Made by a program: the position numbers and the translations under genes. Shown piece by piece: positions 28,284-36,704 of a stretch of 64,000 nucleotides of DNA. Each line of letters opens with the position of its first letter. Position 1 is the stretch's first letter. The stretch lies in assembly GCA_963707025.1 (NCBI GenBank), contig CAVPOM010000005.1:448001-512000 (forward strand), read 5' to 3'. A model generated the notes under the pieces. The model did not search any database and had not been told where the DNA came from. It saw only the letters and a program-made list of their open reading frames with translations. Source of the stretch: an uncultured Verrucomicrobiae bacterium. GTDB taxonomy: Bacteria; Verrucomicrobiota; Verrucomicrobiia; Limisphaerales; Palsa-1400.

Positions 28284-30623
28284 CTATGGATAAATGGTGC
28301 GGTAGAAGCCCATTCCTCCGCTGGGAGTGTCGGTGTATTGGAAGGCACCGGTGCTGCCAGCGGTCACGCTTGCGCCAGGGATGTCCTGCCAGTTGGCCGG
28401 ATTGATCGTGGGCGAATGCTGCACGCGATAGGTGTAGCCCGGGATGCCAGCCCCATTGATGAGGTAGGAGCCATTGCCAAGACTCGTGATCGTCAGATTT
28501 TGCCCTGCGGAGGCGTCCACTGCAATGGCCACGGTAATCGTTCCCACGGCGCTGCCACCATAGCCGTCGGTAACCGTGTAGGTGAAAGAATCGGCGTTGG
28601 TGAAGCCCTCGGCTGGAGCGTAGAATACCCAGCCATCGGCGACGGTGATGGCGCCGCCGTTGGCGCTCGTCGAACTGGGGGTGATATTGAGCGCATCGCC
28701 GTCGGCGTCGCTGCAGCTCGCCAGTATTGTCGCCAGGCTGACTTTCACGCCCAGGGTCGGGTATCGCTGGATGGTGAGGTTGCCCGCCATGGGCGGCGTA
28801 TTGATGACCTCCGCCGGCGCCAGGGAATTGGTGATGCCGGCGAAGTTCTGATCGCCGGCGTATTCGGCGACCACCGTGTTCGAACCGTGCGGCAGACTGT
28901 TGGTGGCAAACGCAGCCACGCCACCGGACAACGTGCCCGCACCACCGATACTGCCGTTAACACGAAAGTTCACTGTGCCGCTGGGCGCGCCGACGCCAGG
29001 AGGGACAGGGCTGACCGTCACGGTGAACGTCACGTTCGCTCCCGGCAGCGCCGGATTAGACGAAGACACTATCACACCGGTCGTGTTCGCCTGGGCCACG
29101 TTGATCGTCACGGTGGGCGTGGCCGTCGTGTAGTCGGTTGTGTCCGTGGGCGTGAACGTGGCCGAAAGGGTCTGACCGCTGCCCGCGTGCAGGACTGTCC
29201 CGGCCACCGGACTATAAACAAATGCGCCGGGAATATTGGCCGTCGCATCCAGTTGCGTCCCGCTCAAGGCCGTGCCATAGACAATGCCAGCCGGATTGCC
29301 CCACGTAATCACCGGCGCCGCCTGCGCCACGTTAATCGTCACGGTGGGCGTGGCCGTCGTGTAGTCGGTTGTGTCCGTGGGTGTGAACGTGGCCGAAAGG
29401 GTCTGACCGCTGCCCGCGTGCAGGACCGTCCCGGCCACCGGACTATAAACAAATGCGCCGGGAACATTGGCCGTCGCATCCAGTTGCGTCCCGCTCAAGG
29501 CCGTGCCATAGACAATGCCAGCCGGATTGGCCCACGTAATCACTGGCGCCGCCTGGGCCACGTTGATCGTCACGGTGGGCGTGGCCGTCGTGTAGTCGGT
29601 CGTATCCGTGGGTGTGAACGTGGCCGAAAGGGTCTGACCGCTGCCCGCGTGCAGGACTGTCCCGGCCACCGGACTATAAACAAATGCGCCGGGAACGTTG
29701 GCCGTCGCATCCAGTTGTGTCCCGCTCAAGGCCGTGCCATAGACAATCCCCGCCGGATTCGCCCACGTAATCACTGGCGCCGCCTGCGCCACGTTGATCG
29801 TCACGTTGGTTGTGACCGGTAGAAAAGTTGTGGTGTCTGTTGGGGTAAAGGTGACAGAGAGCGTCTGACCGGAACCGGCATTCAAGATTGTGCCGGCAGC
29901 GGGGGTGTAAGTGAAGGTGCCGGGCACATTGGTCGAGTCGTAAGTCGCGGTGGCGTTCAATTGCGAGGCTCCAAGCGCCGTGCCATAAACGATGCCCGCC
30001 GGATTCGCCCAGGCCAGCGTTGGATAAACCTGACCGACAATGGTCAGCGACCATTCCGTAAGCTCGTTGGTGCCGCCCGACTGGAGGTCGGCCAGGAAAA
30101 GTGTCCATTGGCCGGCGGCGTTAAGGCCGTTGAAATTTGCCAGCGCGGTGGTGCGCGGCGAGGTGTCCAGGACGGTGGCCGGGTCCACATTCCGGTCGTC
30201 CGGTTGCCAGGTGCCGGTGAGCGGCGAGCCAGCCGCGGGCGTCGTCTTGTTCTGATAGAGATGAATGTCCCCGTTGGCCGCGCTGTCCTGAAAAGTCACG
30301 TCGAAGCCGCTGTCGGCATATCCTGCAGGATTGGCGGCAGTCTCGCCCGGACGATTGAGGAGCACAGTAAAGCCACTGGCGTGGGTCACGTAACCGTAGA
30401 GGTCGCCGTTGAATTCGCCGGTGGTCTTGAGATGCACCGTCATGGAGGTGATGTTGCCGATGGCTGAATTGAGGGTGCGCACCTCGCTCAGACCGGAAGG
30501 GTTGCCGTCCGGCACCAGGCGGTTGGTGGTGAAGGTGTAGGTTTCGGTGGTTTGCGCTTGAAGGAGCGGCGGTGTGGCCGCTCCAAGGAGCATTAACAGG
30601 AATAGGATTGTCAGTTTCTTCAT
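28284..30623 (-). CDS. Secreted protein: P-domain-like head, four ~77-aa repeats, Ig-like and cadherin-like domains, C-terminal FYR motif
   Basis: Signal peptide MKKLTILF; head with FNGDLYGY...FNGLNAAGQWTLFLAD; repeats ITWANPAGIVYGTALSGTQL; AEYAGDQNF; DSFTYTVTD; ends FYRTIYP. Confidence 0.8.
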   Translation of the reverse strand: MKKLTILFLLMLLGAATPPLLQAQTTETYTFTTNRLVPDGNPSGLSEVRTLNSAIGNITSMTVHLKTTGEFNGDLYGYVTHASGFTVLLNRPGETAANPAGYADSGFDVTFQDSAANGDIHLYQNKTTPAAGSPLTGTWQPDDRNVDPATVLDTSPRTTALANFNGLNAAGQWTLFLADLQSGGTNELTEWSLTIVGQVYPTLAWANPAGIVYGTALGASQLNATATYDSTNVPGTFTYTPAAGTILNAGSGQTLSVTFTPTDTTTFLPVTTNVTINVAQAAPVITWANPAGIVYGTALSGTQLDATANVPGAFVYSPVAGTVLHAGSGQTLSATFTPTDTTDYTTATPTVTINVAQAAPVITWANPAGIVYGTALSGTQLDATANVPGAFVYSPVAGTVLHAGSGQTLSATFTPTDTTDYTTATPTVTINVAQAAPVITWGNPAGIVYGTALSGTQLDATANIPGAFVYSPVAGTVLHAGSGQTLSATFTPTDTTDYTTATPTVTINVAQANTTGVIVSSSNPALPGANVTFTVTVSPVPPGVGAPSGTVNFRVNGSIGGAGTLSGGVAAFATNSLPHGSNTVVAEYAGDQNFAGITNSLAPAEVINTPPMAGNLTIQRYPTLGVKVSLATILASCSDADGDALNITPSSTSANGGAITVADGWVFYAPAEGFTNADSFTYTVTDGYGGSAVGTITVAIAVDASAGQNLTITSLGNGSYLINGAGIPGYTYRVQHSPTINPANWQDIPGASVTAGSTGAFQYTDTPSGGMGFYRTIYP
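29089..29781. repeat. Three near-identical 231-bp coding tandem repeats (a diverged fourth extends to about 30030)
   Basis: Unit starts at 29089, 29320, 29551 and 29782. Confidence 0.92.
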
Positions 30624-30728
30624 AAGCGGGGTGATTTGAGGTTCGTGGCGCGGGGCGGTTGTTGCCGCGCGCAACCGGGCGTCAATAAGGTCGAAAGCAA
30701 AATGGTTGGTGATGGTCGTTTTCATAAC

Positions 30729-33712
30729 TCAAGGATAGGTCGAGCGATAAAACCCCGCGGGCAAGCCGCTGCCTGGGGAATTGGTGAACCCAAACGCGCC
30801 GGTGGCGTTGGCCGTGCTTGTCCCCAGCGTCTGCCAGACAGGGGCCTGGAGACTTTCGGCGTATTGAACGGTATAAGTGCGTCCCGGTATGGCCTGAAAT
30901 TGGATGAGAGCAGCGCCATTGCCGAGATCTGCGACGGCCACAATGTTTTGCGACTGGCCAAGATCAACTGGCACGGTGACCCAGACTGGTCCAGCGGCTT
31001 GGGCTCCTTCACTGTCCGCGATCACATAGGAGAAAGCGTCGGAGTTGGTGAATCCCGCCAGCGGCGTGTAGAAAATCCAGTTGCCGCTGACGACGACAGT
31101 CCCTCCATTGGTGCTCTCCGGCCCGGCGGAAAGGAGCGTCAAAACGCCGCTGTCGGGACCGGTGTTGTCCGCCAGCAAAGTGGCGACGCTGACTTTCGCT
31201 CCGCTCTCCGGGTAGCGCTGCAACACGACGTTCATGGCGGCCGGCGGCGAGTTAATGGTTTGATTTGGGCTTAGGCTGGCGGTGCTGCCAAGGAAATTGC
31301 CGTCGCCCGGGTATTGGGCGCTGATGGCGTGCGTGCCGGGCGAAAGCGAAGCGGTGCTGATGCCGGCCACGCCGCCGGCCAGGGCAACGGGAGGACCGAG
31401 GGGCGCGCTGTCGGCGTAGAATTGCACCGTGCCCGTGGGCGTTTCGCTGCCGGGAGCAACCGCCGTCAAGGTGGCGGTAAAGGTGACATTCGAGCCTGTC
31501 AACGATGGATTGGCCGAGGACGAAACAGCGCCGGCCAGCTGGCAGGCGTAATCGCCAGTTGGCCGTTGTTGAAATTGAAAGTATAATTGCTCGCGCTCAG
31601 TGTGCCGTTGGCCGCCACAATCGAATAGGGACTGCCCGCCACGCTGCTGGTTGCGGTCGCGCTCGTGCTCAGGCCCGGACTGCCGGCCAGGACACCGGGG
31701 CCGTCTCCATTGACAAAGCCGCTGTAGCTGGCGGTGAAGGCCGGATTGCCCTGGCCATAGACCCGGGTGGCGTTGTTGGCCGTGACACTCAGAGGCGCCT
31801 GGGACACCGTCAAGCTGACAGAGTCGGTCACGCTGTTGTAATCGAAGGTGTCGTTCGGAGTGAAGACCACCGACAGGACGTGGCTACCCGCGTTCAATAC
31901 CGCGCCGGCCGCCGGGTTATAGGCGAAAGTCCCGGGCACACTCGCCGTCGCGTTCAATTGGCTGGCGCTCAGGGCCGTGCCATAGACGACGCCGGTTGGA
32001 TTGGTCCAAGTCAGGGTCGGCGTGATCGGCGACAGGCCGGCCAGCAGAGCGTTGATCATGTTAGACCCGTTCGGGGTGCCCCACCCGGTGCAAAGGTCGT
32101 AGCCGGCAACGGCAAAGTACTTGGTGCGACTGTTGTGGTTGGTGTTGTTCCCGGTCGTTATGTCGTGGAAGTCGGAGGCATAGTCCGTCCCTTTGCCGAT
32201 GGCATAGACCGCCGGGTTGATGAAGCCGACCGTTCCCTGGCCGTGGGCCGCGCCGCGTTGGTTGACCAGCGCGGTGAAGGCCGCCCAAAGCGGGGCCGCG
32301 CAACTGGTGCCGCCAAAGTCTCCCAATGAACCATTATTGTAAACCACGAAAATGTTATCCGCCGTCAGGGCCACATCCGGAATGTTCCGCATGTTGGTGG
32401 AACCCTGGTTGGCGGTCATGCTGATGCCTTGTTGCCAGCTCGGAATCGTGAAAAGGGTGCTGACGCCGCCGCTGCTGGCGTCCGCCTGGCCGGGAAACCA
32501 GCTCCACACTGTTTCCGACACCCACGATCCGCCCGGCCCGCTCGTCGCCAGAGTTGTCCCGCCCACCACCGTAATGTAAGGGTCATCCGATGGCTCGCTA
32601 ATCGGATTCCTGCTGGAATACGCTCCGCTGTCGCCGGAAGCTTCAAAGAACGACTGCCCCTGCGCGGCGAATTGCAGGAAAATTTGATCCCCAGTCGCGT
32701 TGGTGCCGCCGCCCCAACTCCAGGAAGAGCTGAGTTGTTTGGCCAGATTGTCGGTGGCCATGCGGTTCAAAACATCGTTGACATCGGCAATGGTCAGACC
32801 GGTGTTGGCCGCTTCATACACCATCACGTTGGACAAGCCGGGCGCCATGGCGATCGCCATTTCGATATCCAGAGACACCTCCGCCACATAATTCGCATTG
32901 CCATCCGGGACGCCGCTGAACCCATTGATCAATACATTCGTCAGCGGGACGGCCGCCAGTCCGCCCTGGTGTTGGTAGTTGGTGATGTCATTGGCATAGT
33001 AGCCATCCAGCTCAAACAGCCCCACGCTTTGCCCGGTGCCGTCCAGGGTGAGATTCGGGACATAGGCCGCCCTGAAATCGTTTCCCAGATAAGTGCCGCT
33101 TGGCCCCGAACCGGCGCCTGGCGTTGGGCGCAGCGCCCGATCAATGGCACGGGCCTTAAGACTCATCGGATGCGGCGTCGCGTAGTTGTTCAAGCCGCTG
33201 ATTTCCAGCACCGGCACACCCGCCTCAACCGAAGGCTCCGCATCCGGCGCAAAAAACGTGCGCGCTTCCGCCGGGTGCTGGTAAACCCGCAGCCTGACCT
33301 GGAATGCCCTCTCCACGTTCGCGGCCGACCCGCTGACATCCAGCAGCAGACGATTGGGATGCCGGCCCGTTACCTTCAAACCCTGCCTCTCCACAAAATC
33401 CACGACCTTCTGATAATCCTGTTCCTTCGGACCAAACATTTCTGTGAATTGCCCGCTCGTCAGATAATGATGATAATTGGGACTGGCGGGGTCGTAGAGT
33501 TGTTGGAGCAAGCTGGTGAGACCCTCCCTGTTGCGCAAGGGCAGCCCGATGGCCAGGTCCAGGCGCGTCAACGCCGGCACGTTGCCCACCGCTTGGAGGT
33601 GCGCCACCACCGCCGGCCTGTGCCCAGCCAACACCTGTCTTTCCTCAGCCTGTCCAGCAAACGCCAACAGAAGAGCGGCGGGACAAATGACAGTTCTCAA
33701 GCAAGACAGCAT
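30729..33712 (-). CDS. S53 (sedolisin/kumamolisin) peptidase with prodomain and Ig/MBG/cadherin-like stalk; 1-nt frameshift near 31540
   Basis: Prodomain LYDPASPNYHHYLT, EVSLDIE, ASGDSG, GGTSCAAP, GYDLCTGWGTP; the frame continues in ORF 30729-31502 (AGAVSSSANPSLTGSNVTF) if one base is added; ends FYRSTYP. Confidence 0.85.
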
Positions 33713-33873
33713 ATGAAGCGACACGCAACCGGCCGGCACGAATTCAAAAGCGCTGGAACATTTGGCTCAACCCTGTTGCGCAGCAATGGTCAACAAGGCA
33801 AACGGTCACCCTAGTAACATTAAACCACCACCGAACATTTGCAACGTCAATCCCCGGCAGTGTCCTCATTTGT

Positions 33874-33923
33874 TGGAGCGTCGAGCCTGTGGCTCGACAT
33901 CGGCGCATAGCGCCGACACTACA
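33874..33923. repeat. REP-like doublet (GGAG/GTAG-headed hairpins, inverted)
   Basis: Hairpin ggagcgtcgagcctgtggctcgac, plus 33900-33923 whose reverse complement matches 48318-48341 at 22/24. Confidence 0.65.
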
Positions 33924-34173
33924 ACAATCAAATCAGGACACCGCCCAATCCCCGCTCAATCCTGCGCCAAAAGGCGGTCCCGCAAGGTTTTCCGTGAATT
34001 GCCGCGGGGATTGAAAGGACTGGGGAGCGCGTGCGTCTCTCGCGCGCGCTCGCCTAAATCGCCGTTGCCCGATCAGATCCGCTGAAAACGCCGAACACGC
34101 TTTCTGGGCTGTCACTGGCGGGAGTGGACGGGGCGGACGAGGAGGACCTTACATACGGACGTGCTTCGCCGCG

Positions 34174-34741
34174 TCAAGCCGGCAGGAAGATCTTGCGCAG
34201 TTTGCACTTGAAACCCGGCAGCACGACGCCGCCGGCCAGAACGTCGTCCAGGTCCGTCAAGGACTCGATGCTGTCGGCGGTGTAGATACGGACTTGCTGC
34301 TTTGGCAAGTTGACCAGCCAGGCCAGCTTGGCGCCATGCTCAAAATAGTGTTCCAGTTTGCGGCTGAGCTGCGCCATGCGGTCGGAGGGGGAGAGAACTT
34401 CCACCACCAGATCGGGCGCGCCGGCGAGGAATCTGTCCGGTCTGAGCTCGATTTTTTTCAAGCGTGCTTTGCTCACGAAGGAAACATCCGGGGAGAGCAG
34501 CAAATCTTCGGCAAGACGAAAACCGGTGCTGGAGTCGTAAACCTCGCCCAGTTTCCGGGATTCGGCAAGATTTAAAAGCATCGTGCCGATGCGCATACAA
34601 GTTTTCCCGTGGTTGGCATAAACCGGGCTCGATAATCAAATCTCCATCCAGCAATTCGTATTTATGACCGTCCCTTGGAAGCGTTTCCAATTCCTGGTCC
34701 GTCCAGGTCTTTCGTGTCGTTGTCGGCGCGGCTGTCTGCAT
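34174..34741 (-). pseudogene. Uma2/DUF820 family endonuclease-like protein, frameshifted near 34630
   Basis: KYELLDGDLI in one frame; SPVYANHG...SPDVSF...APDLVVEVLSPSD...LPGF in the next; one extra C in atCg. Confidence 0.85.
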
Positions 34742-34772
34742 AGAGGGAATCCTACACGAAATGGCGGCGCGG

Positions 34773-36305
34773 TCAAAGGCCGCGATTGACAAAGCGGCGG
34801 TGGCGGGCAAAGACGGGGCGCAAGGCCAGCGAGGTCTGGTCCTGCATCTCCTGCAGTTCGCGGTAAATTTTTGAGTTGGCGGCGATGGGTGCGACGGTTT
34901 CGGCGCGGTTCAATTGCACAAACTCGTCGGTGATCTGGTGGATGGAAACCCGTTCGCCCCGTCGCAAGCGCCAGCACCAGAGGGCTTGCAAGGCCGCCCC
35001 GTAAGCCGCCCCTTCGCTCTCTTTGAGCGTCACCACTTCCGCCTCGAAAATGTCGGCCATGATCTGCCGCCAGAATTTGGATTTGGCCCCGCCGCCGGTG
35101 GCGCGGATTTGGCGGGGCTTGACCCCCAGCTCCCGCAGGCGTCGCAAGCCGTAATTCATGCCCAGCGTCGCTCCCTCCATGGCCGCGCGGGCAAAATGGG
35201 CGGCTGTAAAAGTGGCCTGGCTGGCCCCGAACCAGACGCCGGTGCCGTCCGGAACATTGGGCGTGCGTTCCCCTTCCAAGTAAGGCAGCAGCAACAAGCC
35301 GCCGCAACCGGGCCGGGCCCGGGCCGCCTGGGCGGCGAATTGCGCGTGTGTCAAACCGAAATCCTCGCGCACCATTTCCGTGGCCACCGTCACGTTCATG
35401 GTGCAGAGCAAGGGCAGCCAGCGGTTGGTGGAATCGCAGAACGCCGCGATTTCCCCCCGCGGATCAATCACCGGCTTTTCCGAGCAGGCGTAGATGGTGC
35501 CGCTGGTGCCGAAGCTGGCGGTGACCACTCCGGCGCGGGTGTTGCCCGTGCCAATGGCGCCCATCATGTTGTCCCCGCCGCCGGCGCTGACCAGCACGCC
35601 GGGCTGGAGTCCCAATTGCCGGGCCGTCGCGGCCTGCAAAAGGCCCGCCGGTTGGTCGCTGCGCAGCAAAGGCGGCAACGCGCCCGCCAGCCGGGGGTCA
35701 ATCGCGCGCACCGCTTTTTGCGACCAAACCCGGGATCGGACATTGAGCAGGGCCGTGCCGCTGGCGTCGCCGAATTCCATCACCCGGTTGCCAGTCAACC
35801 AGAAATTCAGATAATCGTGCGGCAGCAGCACGCTGGCCAGCCGGGCAAAATTCTTCGGCTCCTTCCGTTTCAGCCACAGAATTTTCGGAGCGGTAAATCC
35901 AGGCAAAACCGCATTGCCCAATTCCGCAATGGCTCCATCCAGCCCGCCGAGCGCGCGCGTGAGGATGTCACACTCCGCCGCGGTGGTGGTATCGCACCAA
36001 AGTTTGGCCGGGCGGATGACCTCCCCGGCCGCATCCAACGGCACAAAGCCGTGCTGCTGCCCGCTCACCCCGATGGCCGCGACTTCCCCCGCGGCGGCGC
36101 CGGCATTTTTCAGGGCGGCTCGGACCGCGTGGGCGGCGGCCTGGCGCCAAGTCAGGGGATGTTGCTCCTTGGCCCCCGGCGGCAATCCGGCAATGAGATC
36201 ATAAGCCCGGCCCGCCCGGCCGAGCACCCTGCCGTGGCGCGCATCCACCACCAGAACTTTGGTGGACTGCGTGCCGCTATCAATGCCAACAAGGAGAGTA
36301 CGCAT
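34773..36305 (-). CDS. xylB: Xylulokinase
   Basis: GIDSGTQSTK, GVSGQQHG, KLWCD, LLPHDY, GDASGT, GGDN, SFGTSG, GERTP, TGGGAKS. Confidence 0.9.
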   Translation of the reverse strand: MRTLLVGIDSGTQSTKVLVVDARHGRVLGRAGRAYDLIAGLPPGAKEQHPLTWRQAAAHAVRAALKNAGAAAGEVAAIGVSGQQHGFVPLDAAGEVIRPAKLWCDTTTAAECDILTRALGGLDGAIAELGNAVLPGFTAPKILWLKRKEPKNFARLASVLLPHDYLNFWLTGNRVMEFGDASGTALLNVRSRVWSQKAVRAIDPRLAGALPPLLRSDQPAGLLQAATARQLGLQPGVLVSAGGGDNMMGAIGTGNTRAGVVTASFGTSGTIYACSEKPVIDPRGEIAAFCDSTNRWLPLLCTMNVTVATEMVREDFGLTHAQFAAQAARARPGCGGLLLLPYLEGERTPNVPDGTGVWFGASQATFTAAHFARAAMEGATLGMNYGLRRLRELGVKPRQIRATGGGAKSKFWRQIMADIFEAEVVTLKESEGAAYGAALQALWCWRLRRGERVSIHQITDEFVQLNRAETVAPIAANSKIYRELQEMQDQTSLALRPVFARHRRFVNRGL

Positions 36306-36424
36306 AAAAACACTTTCGAGCGGACGCTTTGCAGCCGGAGCACGCCAGGGGCCCGGGCGCCGCGCGCCGAGTCATGGCGGCCGGCGCTGCAAAAAGCGGA
36401 GCGCCGGCTGGGAGATAATTTAAA

Positions 36425-36586
36425 CTACGATTCATTGCGCAAGGCGAAGGCGGCCAAGGCGCCCAGGGTGATGACGAGCGAGGCGGCTTCGAGCCATTTG
36501 CTCACCAGAATGACCGCCCAGATGGACACCCAAATTCCAAAAATGACGGCCGCAAACAGGACTATTTCTCCGCGAGTTCGTTCCAT
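36425..36586 (-). CDS. 53-aa small membrane protein (absent from the ORF track)
   Basis: MERTRGEIVLFAAVIFGIWVSIWAVILVSKWLEAASLVITLGALAAFALRNES; two hydrophobic helices, GC-rich third positions. Confidence 0.6.
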   Translation of the reverse strand: MERTRGEIVLFAAVIFGIWVSIWAVILVSKWLEAASLVITLGALAAFALRNES

Positions 36587-36704
36587 AAATTGCGGGAGAG
36601 CATAAGGAATGGCGACATGGATTTCAAGCGTGTTGTTGAGCTAATGAAAATTAAATTTCCCTGCTTGTCTTCCGGCCGCGCCCACCGCACACTCCGGCCC
36701 GGTA

